A DNA stretch of 64,000 nt from contig JBIKUX010000003.1 in the NCBI GenBank assembly GCA_044347345.1, forward strand, positions 32,001 to 96,000. The letters are read 5' to 3'. Below, in pieces: positions 10,343-20,125 of the stretch (positions are counted from its first letter, which is position 1; each line of letters opens with the position of its first letter). The notes below the pieces were generated by a model that saw nothing but the letters and a program-made list of their open reading frames with translations, was not told the DNA's origin and did not search any database. The position numbers and the translations under genes are program-made. The stretch is from Bdellovibrionota bacterium (GTDB lineage: Bacteria > Bdellovibrionota_C > UBA2361 > JBIKUX01).

Positions 10343-11374
10343 TTAATTTCGATATTGTATGTAGCGAAAGCTCCATCGGTAATTTTGGTTAAATTGCTTA
10401 TTATTCTGGAGCCAAGCCTTGTATATACCGCCAGCAAAAATTTGATCTCCCCGTTCGCGAAATCGCACTAAGCCAGTGTGATGGTATGCCCACGCAAAAG
10501 CGGGTGCAATCAGTAAGTTTAAGTCAGGTGCTGGTTCTGTACCTCCAGAGGATGTCTTACGGTCTGTGTATTTGAAAGCTTGTGCGCGTTTGATCCAAGT
10601 GTGTTTCCACAACCAATCTAGCATATTAACTATAGGCTTGATAATTTTTCTGTCAGAGGTTCGCTCAAAATAGCTTATGAGTGCCTGCATAGTGAGGCCT
10701 ACCATAAATGGTCTGACGTATGGAGAGCGACCACTCTGCCATTGTCGTAGATGATTTATCGATTGGTTAACAAGAGAAAATAAGCGTATTCTTTGTGGAT
10801 ATCCCGCAGCTTCTGCATCTAAGTAGCTTAAAATAGCATATGCTACTTCTCTACTTTTAAGAGATGATCTTGTAGAAGATAAGGGAGTATCATCTGCCGC
10901 AAATGAGGCAGCATGAGATAAAAGATTTATAAGTACTAATGAGAGCGGATTATTTGTATCTTGATAATTAAGGAGCATACCATGAGTGAAGTTCCAATAT
11001 CCCGGAATTTTGCCATTGTGTACCGCTACATAATTGTCTCGAAAAATATTAAGGGCTATCTCTGCGCAATCTTTCCAAAAGTTATCTTGCGTATAATCAG
11101 CGATCTTATAAAAGACTGCGGGTGCGTCATAATATGTAGTAGCTAGTAAAGTATCATGTGGTTGATTTGAATTTTTAGTTTGCTCGCAGGCACGCTTGCC
11201 AAACTCAAGCATATTGCTCTCCCAATTCGATTTTAAGGATGGAGAAAGTGAGATGTGATTAGCTGGAAATGTTTTATTTAATTTTTCAGCTAATATGTTT
11301 GTACTGTCTACTAAATAAACAAGTTTTGTAAAAGCTACGAAAATAAATATTCGACACCATTTATTATTTACCAT
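10343..11374 (-). CDS. Secreted uncharacterised protein, probably alpha-helical and possibly carbohydrate-active; last gene of the EPS operon
   Basis: N-terminal hydrophobic segment; aromatic-rich motifs YYDA, PFMVGL, PDLNLLIAPA, KQFNQNYRWSF; 11 bp downstream of the deacetylase. Confidence 0.55.
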   Translation of the reverse strand: MVNNKWCRIFIFVAFTKLVYLVDSTNILAEKLNKTFPANHISLSPSLKSNWESNMLEFGKRACEQTKNSNQPHDTLLATTYYDAPAVFYKIADYTQDNFWKDCAEIALNIFRDNYVAVHNGKIPGYWNFTHGMLLNYQDTNNPLSLVLINLLSHAASFAADDTPLSSTRSSLKSREVAYAILSYLDAEAAGYPQRIRLFSLVNQSINHLRQWQSGRSPYVRPFMVGLTMQALISYFERTSDRKIIKPIVNMLDWLWKHTWIKRAQAFKYTDRKTSSGGTEPAPDLNLLIAPAFAWAYHHTGLVRFRERGDQIFAGGIYKAWLQNNKQFNQNYRWSFRYIQYRN

Positions 11375-11385
11375 ACTCGTACATT

Positions 11386-12516
11386 TTAAACAGATAACTC
11401 CTTTGATTGTCGGTTAACATCTGTTATTACCTCTGCTCGTGGAGAGCGTAAAAAGTTATTTCTAAGAATCGCCTCAACTCCTGATACTTTGGATATAACC
11501 TGAGTGATTGTGTCATAAAAGTTTATGCTTACTCGGGGTAGAGAAAACTTTTTATTTGATTCTGGGTCAAAAACAGTTGGCAAAATATGACCATAGTTTG
11601 TCGAAAAAGCCAGAGAAAACCCTGCCTCACGAATAAGAGAATGTTCTCGTTCGCCAACGTGAGCACAATCACCATAAGGGTAGGCAAAGGTTTTAATTTC
11701 TCGTCCAAGTTCAGCCTCCATTTGAAGCTTATTTTTTTTTATCTCTTCACAAGCCTCATCAATACTTAGAGAACTTAGGCTTGGGTGGCTTACAGTGTGA
11801 CATCCAAGAGTGATTAGAGGATGACTATCGAGTGAGCGTAACTCCTCCCAAGAAAGCATTGGTGATTCTGAGGAAACCGGGAAAGTAACATTACTTTTTT
11901 TGGCAATGAAGGATATTGCTGATGCACATTCGGCAGGATGAAGTAATTTTAGTTTAGCAGCTAATTTAAATAAATTTTGGTAATTTCTTTTCCCCGACTC
12001 ATCATAAATTGAGTATGATTCATTGTTATATTGTAGCGTATTTTCAGATGTAGAATGAAATATTGAATCAAGCTCAATCCACCAAGGAACCAAATCATGA
12101 TCTGCAAATTTTGAGGTAATAAAAATTGTTGCTGGTACTCGGTATTTTTCGAGTAAGGGTAGAGCATTTGTTAAATTATCTCGGTAACCGTCATCAAAGG
12201 TAACCAGTAATGTATCTTTGGGTAAATGCCTACCGTTTATTACAGATTCAGCTAATTGTTCAATAGAAATACAGCTAAAGTTATTTGTGAAATAAGCTAG
12301 CTGCTCCTCAAGAGCATCACGGTGAACTGATATACCGCTTAAGCTTCCGATTTCATCGGTGTCTACTATACGATGGTATAAAACACATGTTGCTAAGCCA
12401 CGATAATACCTGCGTATAGCCCCAAATGGTTGAGAAGATAACAGTAGTCTGACGTAAGGAGCTAAACGCTGAAGAGCAGAGCGTGAGGCTAATTTTGAAC
12501 AATTCGAGTTCATCAC
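11386..12516 (-). CDS. Polysaccharide deacetylase (NodB/CE4 family)
   Basis: LYHRI, VTFDDGY, GCHTVSHP, FAYPYG. Confidence 0.92.
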   Translation of the reverse strand: MMNSNCSKLASRSALQRLAPYVRLLLSSQPFGAIRRYYRGLATCVLYHRIVDTDEIGSLSGISVHRDALEEQLAYFTNNFSCISIEQLAESVINGRHLPKDTLLVTFDDGYRDNLTNALPLLEKYRVPATIFITSKFADHDLVPWWIELDSIFHSTSENTLQYNNESYSIYDESGKRNYQNLFKLAAKLKLLHPAECASAISFIAKKSNVTFPVSSESPMLSWEELRSLDSHPLITLGCHTVSHPSLSSLSIDEACEEIKKNKLQMEAELGREIKTFAYPYGDCAHVGEREHSLIREAGFSLAFSTNYGHILPTVFDPESNKKFSLPRVSINFYDTITQVISKVSGVEAILRNNFLRSPRAEVITDVNRQSKELSV

Positions 12517-13793
12517 TAGGCTCCTCGAGATGGAACACAGGAAAGATCTTTTTTATCTAAATTTGATACTATTTTGTGGTCGCTTATTTGATTGATTATT
12601 TTTTGGCAATCAGTTGCAGAGCGACTATCGTTACAGTAATCACGTAAGCTAGTCCACGCTTGTTGTCCAAGTTCTTCGAGTGATTCTACAGAAATAGTGG
12701 TTATTAATTTGCGCCACTCATCAGTATCATCACTGATAAGAGCGCTGTAATCATGAGTCAGAGGTATACCCATTGTTCCGATAGTTGTTGAAAGGCACGG
12801 TCTTCCAAACTGAGCAGCTTCAATTGTTTTTACTCGCACTCCTGATCCAAACCGCACTGGTACTATTGCTAAATGGCACTTGCTGTAAATTGGTGCAACA
12901 TTTTTAAGATGCGATAATATTTCTATGTTATGCATTGTTTTATAATTGTTAAGCCAGCGGCCTGCTCCGCTACCTGCTATAGTAAGATGGATATTTTGGC
13001 GGGTAGAAAGAACATAAGGCCATATTTCTGTTAAAAACCAAGAAAGCCCATCGCGGTTAGGAGGCCAGTCTAAACGACCTATAAATAGAAGTCTGAGGGT
13101 ATCGTCTTTTTCCCATTTTGGAGGCTTAGGAAATGAAAAACCTACTGGAACGGTGACTGGCGGGCAATTGTCGCAACACCATTTGGAAAGAATTTTTGCA
13201 TCAACATCGCTTACAGTTAGGATTTTTGAGGCGAGATGACATACTGATGATTCTAGCTGAGCTACTCGTTTAGCTTCAAATCTTACAATTGGTCTAATTA
13301 TTGGTCTAAAGCAAAGCGGTATCGAGCTTAAAAAGGTGCTATTTTGGTTCCACAGTTCTGATTCAGCGTTTTGCGCGCGATAAATAAAAGGTAATGATGT
13401 TTTGGATGTAACAATCCGAGAGGCGATAGTGGCAGTGTGTAAACCTTCCGCTACAACAGCTTTCCAAGGCATGGAGACGATTAGATTTTCTAACGTGGTC
13501 AGGATCTTTGGAGTAAAAAAACGAGCATAGGTAAATGGAGCATTCCACAAGTATCGAAGAGTGTTTAAGCTATATTTACTTGAAATAGGGATAATAGTCG
13601 AACGTAAGATACCGCACTCTTGTTCAAACGCCTGTAAGGAAGAAATTTCAATTTCTGTAGGCGATAAAGCAGCAACGACAATCTCTTCCCCTAAATTACT
13701 TAAAGAACGAAGAAGAGATTGAGAAGCAACTCTGGCTCCGTCAATAGGAGGATGTGGAAACCAAGGTGTTATCCATAGTACTGGGGCTTTCAT
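12516..13793 (-). CDS. Glycosyltransferase family 4
   Basis: FPHPPIDGA, FIGRLDWPPNRDGL, PVRFGSGVRVKTIEA. Confidence 0.9.
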   Translation of the reverse strand: MKAPVLWITPWFPHPPIDGARVASQSLLRSLSNLGEEIVVAALSPTEIEISSLQAFEQECGILRSTIIPISSKYSLNTLRYLWNAPFTYARFFTPKILTTLENLIVSMPWKAVVAEGLHTATIASRIVTSKTSLPFIYRAQNAESELWNQNSTFLSSIPLCFRPIIRPIVRFEAKRVAQLESSVCHLASKILTVSDVDAKILSKWCCDNCPPVTVPVGFSFPKPPKWEKDDTLRLLFIGRLDWPPNRDGLSWFLTEIWPYVLSTRQNIHLTIAGSGAGRWLNNYKTMHNIEILSHLKNVAPIYSKCHLAIVPVRFGSGVRVKTIEAAQFGRPCLSTTIGTMGIPLTHDYSALISDDTDEWRKLITTISVESLEELGQQAWTSLRDYCNDSRSATDCQKIINQISDHKIVSNLDKKDLSCVPSRGA

Positions 13794-13796
13794 AAG

Positions 13797-15254
13797 CTAT
13801 ATAGATTTAACTTTCAATGATTTATTTGCTGAATTTGGCAGTGTTCTAGCCGCTCTAGCCGCTAAACTTATTATTGCAACAAGGAGGTAGGGAAGAATCA
13901 GGTATGTATGACTAAGAAATGACATAACGATAACATAGCCAATGAATGCTAGAGTAATTCCTGGATACTGCGAGCGTAATTTCCATGCTAGTACGCCCCC
14001 ATAACCGATGAAGGCACAAAAAAGTAGTAAGCCTAAAATACTTCCTTCTGCAAGTGGAATAATCCATGAAGAATGAGCACTTCTTTCTCCGTGTTCTATT
14101 CGTACTAAAGCATACTTTTCATATTCTTTTTCGAAATTGCCCATACCTACCCCAAAGATTGGATTGGCTTTGGCCATTTGCAAACCTGCTATGGCAAAGT
14201 ACAGACGAGATTGTTTTGATAGTAGAAGATCTTCAGCGTCACGTTCTATGAATTGAACCGCAACCATAGTTATACAAATTATTATTACTGGCATTAAGAA
14301 ACGGATTAGTGTGCTACGAATCGTAAAAATACTGTAAGCAAATACCATGGCACTAAGAGCTATTAGAGCGCCTCGCGATTTAGTCAACCAAATAGCTGAG
14401 AGAGTAACAAACGTTAAAATTGTATTAATGATGAAGGTTACCGGAATTATTCTTAGGGACCTTTTTTTTGTAAGTTGTTTTGAAGGAAATAAGATTAGTG
14501 GCAATGCAATCACACCGATAGCTGCTAAATCGTTTGAATTACCGAAATAACCAAGTCCTTGTAGGCGAGTTGTAAAAATTGACTGATTTGGATTAAGTGA
14601 GTTAGTAAACAGAATAGCATTAACAAGAATGCTCACTAATGATAGATATGTACTTTTTAAAAGTGCCTCAACTTCATGGTCTGTTGTAACGCAGTGAAGG
14701 GCGGCAAACCATAAAAAAATTACAGGATAAAATCTTTCAAAAAAAAACGATAAACCAGCAGTTCCTCCGCCAGACCCAATAATTGAGAGAAGTGTCCAAG
14801 CCAAATACGTGGTAAGAAGAGTCGCTAATTGGTTCCAGTAAAGAGAGAAGTCATTTCGGCGGGTATGGTAAATAAGCCATGATAAAATACTCAAAAGAGA
14901 AAAAAGTTTAGGAAGAATGGCGATAGACTCATTTGTTGGTAAAAACTCCCAAGGACGCAGTAATAAAACAGATATAAGTAGTGTTATACCACATAACGGA
15001 TGCACTAAACTGAGTGCTACACCTAACGCGCATGCGGTAGCGAGAATGGCTTGGTCAAGACCAAAAAATAAAGAGAAAACTATAGTAAGAAATGCCGTTA
15101 CTCCTCCAACAAAAATAATTCCCAACGGTGATAATACTGAGCGATATTCTTCTGGTGTTGGATAGCGTAAAAATCTAAAAAGGATAATCGATACGCAAAA
15201 AAGGCATCCGCTTATCACCATTGCTGCTGGCGCATACTGAGCGGGCGGTAACAT
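13797..15254 (-). CDS. O-antigen ligase / Wzy-like polymerase
   Basis: Multiple TM segments, NSNDLA, TKSRGA, NPIFGVGMGNF, AHSSW. Confidence 0.88.
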   Translation of the reverse strand: MLPPAQYAPAAMVISGCLFCVSIILFRFLRYPTPEEYRSVLSPLGIIFVGGVTAFLTIVFSLFFGLDQAILATACALGVALSLVHPLCGITLLISVLLLRPWEFLPTNESIAILPKLFSLLSILSWLIYHTRRNDFSLYWNQLATLLTTYLAWTLLSIIGSGGGTAGLSFFFERFYPVIFLWFAALHCVTTDHEVEALLKSTYLSLVSILVNAILFTNSLNPNQSIFTTRLQGLGYFGNSNDLAAIGVIALPLILFPSKQLTKKRSLRIIPVTFIINTILTFVTLSAIWLTKSRGALIALSAMVFAYSIFTIRSTLIRFLMPVIIICITMVAVQFIERDAEDLLLSKQSRLYFAIAGLQMAKANPIFGVGMGNFEKEYEKYALVRIEHGERSAHSSWIIPLAEGSILGLLLFCAFIGYGGVLAWKLRSQYPGITLAFIGYVIVMSFLSHTYLILPYLLVAIISLAARAARTLPNSANKSLKVKSI

Positions 15255-15280
15255 AATATTGCCCTTAGTTGGAAAGATCT

Positions 15281-16474
15281 TTACTCATCGTTATTGGTTT
15301 TTTGTGCAGGTGGCAAAGCGCGTATTTCATCGTATCCGATTAGTAAAGTTTTTTCTGTATTTTTCATTAGAGGAAGCTCTCCGATGAATTGAGTATCAAG
15401 GGCTATTGCAGCTGTTTGTGGGGAAATTAGGGTGCGTCGCTTTGTTTCACTGGCTAAGATTATTCCAACTGAAATAAAGCTAGCCAGTAATGCTGCAAAT
15501 ACCGAAGCAACTTTGATATTGGGGAAAAATGGCTTAGTGGGTAATGATGGTTGCTGCAGTATAGAAAGAAATGACATCGATTCTGAGCCTCTCTCCATTG
15601 ATAAAGCTATTGAAAGATAAGAAAGCTTACGTAAAAGGTCATTATAAAGATTTTCTAATGAGGAAGATGAGCCATCGTTTGAGATTGCGGCGGCTATCGC
15701 GTCTGTGTCGTTAGACTGTGGCAAAGGAGCCTCATTACCCTTTTCTTTAACAATCTGAGCTTTCATAGCTACGGCTTGATTTATAAGTTCAGCTACTTCA
15801 GGATGTTTGTCGGTATATTTTTGTCGTATTGCAGCTAAATCGGTATTTACCTTTCTAAGTTCGTCTTCAAGATGTTTTGCATTTGATACTTTTTTAGCTC
15901 GAGTTAGAGCTTTTGCCAAAAATTTAGTTTGTTCTTGGATAGCGTTGCGAGCTTTTTCAAGACTGCGATAACGCTCTTCTACTAAGACGGCTATCATTCT
16001 ACTCATGACGGCTTGCATTAAATGAAAAGCTTGATTTGCGTTATCTTGAACAGATGATAGCTGCACAGTAGTGGGGCTTAAAGTAAAATATTCTATTTTT
16101 TCTCGTAACTGGTCTCTTTCCTCAATACGTCTTCGTGTGTCTCTTGGATATTGGTAAATTTTGAAGTTCTCTCCAAGTGAATCAAGAAATTCCTCATTCA
16201 TAGCAAATTTAAGAAGAGAAATTCGTTGAGCATTTAGTTCTCCAGGTTCTGATGGCTCTGGAACTAATTCTCGTACGAGCGGATTGCTAAAGTAGCTAGA
16301 TGGGATATTAAGAATTGCTGTTGATTTAAATTTTTTTGGAAGTTGCTGTACAACCAGAAATGTGCCGGTAAAGACTACTATCCAAACCAGTAGGACTGTC
16401 ACGGCATGGCGCCGAATCAGTTGAAATATCTCCGTTAATTCAAGATTGTGTTCAACGAGTAAATTGTTCATCAC
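15281..16474 (-). CDS. Polysaccharide co-polymerase / chain-length determinant (Wzz/GumC-like)
   Basis: N- and C-terminal TM segments, coiled coil with YTDKHPEV, PSLPTKP motif before the second TM. Confidence 0.8.
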   Translation of the reverse strand: MMNNLLVEHNLELTEIFQLIRRHAVTVLLVWIVVFTGTFLVVQQLPKKFKSTAILNIPSSYFSNPLVRELVPEPSEPGELNAQRISLLKFAMNEEFLDSLGENFKIYQYPRDTRRRIEERDQLREKIEYFTLSPTTVQLSSVQDNANQAFHLMQAVMSRMIAVLVEERYRSLEKARNAIQEQTKFLAKALTRAKKVSNAKHLEDELRKVNTDLAAIRQKYTDKHPEVAELINQAVAMKAQIVKEKGNEAPLPQSNDTDAIAAAISNDGSSSSLENLYNDLLRKLSYLSIALSMERGSESMSFLSILQQPSLPTKPFFPNIKVASVFAALLASFISVGIILASETKRRTLISPQTAAIALDTQFIGELPLMKNTEKTLLIGYDEIRALPPAQKTNNDE

Positions 16475-17211
16475 GATTTTCCCCGTTTAATAGAAACCCA
16501 AGGATTGTGAATAGTTCCAATGATAGGAATGTTGCAACGATTAAGTTCTTCTCTGAGCGAGTTTAAAATACTTGTATCAAGTGATATCGGCGAGGTAAGA
16601 ATTAAAACACCATCGACTTGTCCACCTACGACTATTGGGTCAAAACCTTGATAATTAGAGGCCTGAAGAGGGAGGGTATCAACTAAAATTAAATCGTATG
16701 AGGGTTTAAGGCTGGTGAGGAGATCTTTGAATATGAACTCAAGTGATCCGTTCCCTTCATTTAAAGAAAACCCAGGTTGTTTATTGGAGGAGTTTGATGA
16801 ATCCAAAACGGTAGGGAGATTGGTAGCATGATTAGGCAATAGTGGGTCGTGATAAAAATATGAGTGATTTTTGGTGTGTTCAATAGTTAGTAGATGAATG
16901 ACTCCACTTTTGCTCTCGAAAAGTGTTCCCGCACTTCGCCGAAGAATCGACCGTAATGGAAATTCGCCACGGTTTTTCTCTCGGATTGTATCAATCACCA
17001 AAACTCTTTTTAATAGGAGTGAGGCAAACCCAACAGCGAGCGCCGCTGTAAAGAAACTTCGTCCCTCTTGAGCAAAGCGACTTATTATTGAGATGCTTGA
17101 AGCTGAATTCGATGTTTGCACTGCTTGGAGCTGTCGTAAAAGGCGTCGAAACTCTGGAGTGCGAATGTAAGAAGAGAATGGCCCTGAATTTGATGTATTA
17201 TCAGTTACCAT
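16471..17211 (-). CDS. CpsD/CapB-like tyrosine-kinase-domain protein with an atypical Walker A
   Basis: EFRRL, SRFAQEGRS in place of GEGKS/T, VLVIDT, YDLILVDTLP. Confidence 0.7.
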   Translation of the reverse strand: MVTDNTSNSGPFSSYIRTPEFRRLLRQLQAVQTSNSASSISIISRFAQEGRSFFTAALAVGFASLLLKRVLVIDTIREKNRGEFPLRSILRRSAGTLFESKSGVIHLLTIEHTKNHSYFYHDPLLPNHATNLPTVLDSSNSSNKQPGFSLNEGNGSLEFIFKDLLTSLKPSYDLILVDTLPLQASNYQGFDPIVVGGQVDGVLILTSPISLDTSILNSLREELNRCNIPIIGTIHNPWVSIKRGKS

Positions 17212-17241
17212 AAATTTTGCTCTTTCTTGAGAGTACCCATT

Positions 17242-18405
17242 TTAAAATGCAAATGCTGCTAGAATAGCAGCAGCTATCGCAGAGAGCACTCCCCCAAAGC
17301 CAGATACTACTCGACTTTGTTTTTCTAGGCTTGAGGGGCTTTCAGGATAAACCATGATTGTGTCTCCTGGTTTAAGAGTTGGAGGAGTAGAGCCTTCTTC
17401 CAGAGAGAACGAGACTGATTTGGTACCTTGTGATAGAGGTCTTAATACGACGAGGTTGGTAAGATTAGCGTTAACCGTTGGACCACCAGCTTTGATTAGG
17501 TAGTAAAAAAAGTCAGCTCCTGATATGTAAGGATATTCTCCAGGATTTTCTACTTGCCCTAGCAATTTTATCGAACTAGAAGCGCTGCCTTTCTTTCTCC
17601 CACTACCTTTAAATTCACTTTGAAAAAATACTGACTCAATACCACTCCATCTAGGCGTGATGCTTCCGTAATCTTCAGTATTACTCTGGACTTCGCTAGT
17701 ACCTGCACTTGCTTGGTAGTAATCAGATAGGTGGATTGTATGACTGAGACTGCCTTGGGTAATTGTTGCGTATTTTGCGAGAGGTGTATCTCCTTTTCCT
17801 GTTAGAAGGCCGCCAGCATTAGCGATCACTTCGTCAATGGTAGCGGTCGAGGAGACAAGCACATTGCCTGGTTTAGCTACAAGACCTTTCACGCTTACAT
17901 AAACGTCAGATGACACAATAGAGGCTGTGATGACCGGATTTACCAAATATTCGCGGTAAGCGCGAGCTAAGTCACTTCGAAGAGTGCTAATTGATTTGCT
18001 AGAGGCAGATATAGTGACTCCGTAAGGTAAAGCTAAGCGACCACTAGAATCAACTTGATACTCACCAGTAATTTTTGCATCTTGTCCTGATTCGATTTTT
18101 ATCTTGTTACCAGATGCAATTATATTTGTTCCTTTATTAAGCCAACGGGGTGGACTTGTCGTACTTGATGAGAAGCTCTCATCTTCACTAGTCTGTTTAG
18201 AATCGTTTGTAGATGAAAATTTAGAGCGTTCAATGCGAGCTAGAGCTGATTCTCGTGGTGAGAGCTCGTCATTCGATTGGGTACATCCGCAAAATATAGT
18301 TCCAGCCCAAAGAGCGATAAAAGAAACAAGCGATGCGCCCGGAAGCCGAATAGGTAGATGAGCCATGCGTTCTCCGTGATCTGATGTGTTACAGTAATTC
18401 ATCAA
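17242..18405 (-). CDS. Polysaccharide export lipoprotein (Wza-like, SLBB domains)
   Basis: Lipobox FCGC, YQVDSSGRLALP, GLVAKPG, GQVENPGEY, LKPGDTIMV. Confidence 0.85.
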   Translation of the reverse strand: MMNYCNTSDHGERMAHLPIRLPGASLVSFIALWAGTIFCGCTQSNDELSPRESALARIERSKFSSTNDSKQTSEDESFSSSTTSPPRWLNKGTNIIASGNKIKIESGQDAKITGEYQVDSSGRLALPYGVTISASSKSISTLRSDLARAYREYLVNPVITASIVSSDVYVSVKGLVAKPGNVLVSSTATIDEVIANAGGLLTGKGDTPLAKYATITQGSLSHTIHLSDYYQASAGTSEVQSNTEDYGSITPRWSGIESVFFQSEFKGSGRKKGSASSSIKLLGQVENPGEYPYISGADFFYYLIKAGGPTVNANLTNLVVLRPLSQGTKSVSFSLEEGSTPPTLKPGDTIMVYPESPSSLEKQSRVVSGFGGVLSAIAAAILAAFAF

Positions 18406-18490
18406 AGGAAGTAGTCAAAAAGGATATAGTCCGCGTCAGTCTTATTCTGCGTATTTGTGTATTCGGCCTGTTAAGTGCTTTTACATAATA

Positions 18491-19234
18491 TTACAGAGAT
18501 TTAACTATTTTTGCTGGATTTCCAGCAATTAAACTTTTATCTGGAAATGTTCCGCTCGTTACTACTGAGCCTGCGGCTACAATCGAGCCATTTCCGATAT
18601 TTACTCCTTTCAAAATTATAGCCCCAACTCCAATCCAAACGTCATCACCTATAGTAATCGGTTCAGAGATATTTTGACCACATAGCCTTTCACTAAGAGA
18701 GTTTGGCTCTACTTGATTAGCCCTACTTTGTTGATTTGAAGTAAGTGACGGGAAGTAATCTAGCACCATTTTTGTAACCTGTTCTGCTCGCAGAATGGGG
18801 TCGACAGGGTGCGGATCGTAATCTTGGATTACCACGTTCCAACTTGAAAGAAAACGAGCACCAATGGTTATTTTTGAGGCTGAATAAATATGGGTTGGGC
18901 CGATTATGCTATTCTCTCCCACTGTTATACATCCACTGTTTGTAGCCAAAAGTCGGGCGCTTTCATAAATGATTGAGTTATCACCAATAATAATCTTGCT
19001 GCCTGGCGCTTCAGCCTGAAGCGAGAAACGCCTCTGTATTCTGACATTTTTTCCTCTTATTACACGAGGGTTGGGAAAGAAAAGGTAAGATAGTTGCGTG
19101 AGTAAACATAAAACTGCTCCGCGCAGTACTCCCACAACTTTAGCCGGATTTCGCCTTATTTTAGCTTGAGCCCGTTGGATAAAGCCTTCTTTTGAAATAG
19201 ATCCTGCGCGAAAAGGGTTGATAATCATATTCAT
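18491..19234 (-). CDS. Hexapeptide-repeat O-acyltransferase
   Basis: PITIGDDVWIGVGAIILKGVNIGNGSIVAAGSVV...AGNPAKIV. Confidence 0.9.
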   Translation of the reverse strand: MNMIINPFRAGSISKEGFIQRAQAKIRRNPAKVVGVLRGAVLCLLTQLSYLFFPNPRVIRGKNVRIQRRFSLQAEAPGSKIIIGDNSIIYESARLLATNSGCITVGENSIIGPTHIYSASKITIGARFLSSWNVVIQDYDPHPVDPILRAEQVTKMVLDYFPSLTSNQQSRANQVEPNSLSERLCGQNISEPITIGDDVWIGVGAIILKGVNIGNGSIVAAGSVVTSGTFPDKSLIAGNPAKIVKSL

Positions 19235-19351
19235 TTATTCAAAGTACAGTAGATAACTGTTTAGGAAGTGTAAATATTTTTTCTTAAAACTACAGAATTC
19301 AACTTGTAGTGAATGCTCATTTTTTATTCTAAATTTTTCCTGATAAATATC

Positions 19352-19376
19352 ATACATGCGTATGATACGCATGTAT
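19352..19376. promoter_or_regulatory. Perfect 12-bp inverted repeat, candidate operator in a divergent promoter region
   Basis: ATACATGCGTAT-G-ATACGCATGTAT. Confidence 0.5.
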
Positions 19377-19388
19377 AACTAATTAAAA

Positions 19389-19676
19389 GTGGATCGTACG
19401 AGACTAAAGCATATTTTAAAAGAGCTGTTTAAGATGAAGATAGAAAAACTTGGAGAAATTAGCCGAACATCTGCGAATGGTAAAAAGAACATTCAGAGAC
19501 TATTACATGAAGAAATTATCGTGGAGACAGCTAAAAACTCTCCTGGTAATTTACCAAAAAGCCATGAACAAATTGGCTATAGCAACCTTAAAATAAAAAA
19601 TGAGGAGGAAAAAAATTATTGGGAAGAACCTACTGATGTTAGAGGAGTGGTTTTTAATAATGAAACCAACTCATGA
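19389..19676 (+). CDS. Hypothetical protein
   Basis: 95-codon ORF only, no motif. Confidence 0.3.
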   Translation: MDRTRLKHILKELFKMKIEKLGEISRTSANGKKNIQRLLHEEIIVETAKNSPGNLPKSHEQIGYSNLKIKNEEEKNYWEEPTDVRGVVFNNETNS

Positions 19677-19840
19677 AAAAAATGAGTATTGAGCAAAAAT
19701 AGACTTGAATTTAAAGTAAAGTTAGTACGCCGTTCTATAGTCTTTTAAAGTAAACTAAAAACTAAAAAGTGGATAATGGCACAAATAAAACGTATTTTGG
19801 TAAAATAATATCAATCTCAGGTAAATAATTTTAGGTAGTA

Positions 19841-20125
19841 GTGATTGCGGCGCCTAAGACTCCTCTAAATCAAGAACCAAAAAGAATCCAAGGTCAGACT
19901 CGGCTTCCTAAGCCAACTGGAGAGAGTCAAGTAGAGAGTCCAGAATTAGGCAAACCAGAAACCGGACGCAAACATGGTGATGCACCTTCAGATTCCGGCC
20001 CCATTAAACTTCCTCAAACCTGTGTACAAGGAGCACTATCGGAAGGTTCTAATCCGCCCCTTGACCCTAATCAGGTAGCTGTGGTTCTAGGTACTCTGAG
20101 GAGAACAAATGAACCAAGTGCATGA
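19841..20125 (+). CDS. Pro-rich hypothetical protein, possibly the frameshifted N-terminus of the next gene
   Basis: Low-complexity ORF overlapping the next ORF by 17 bp. Confidence 0.35.
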   Translation: MIAAPKTPLNQEPKRIQGQTRLPKPTGESQVESPELGKPETGRKHGDAPSDSGPIKLPQTCVQGALSEGSNPPLDPNQVAVVLGTLRRTNEPSA

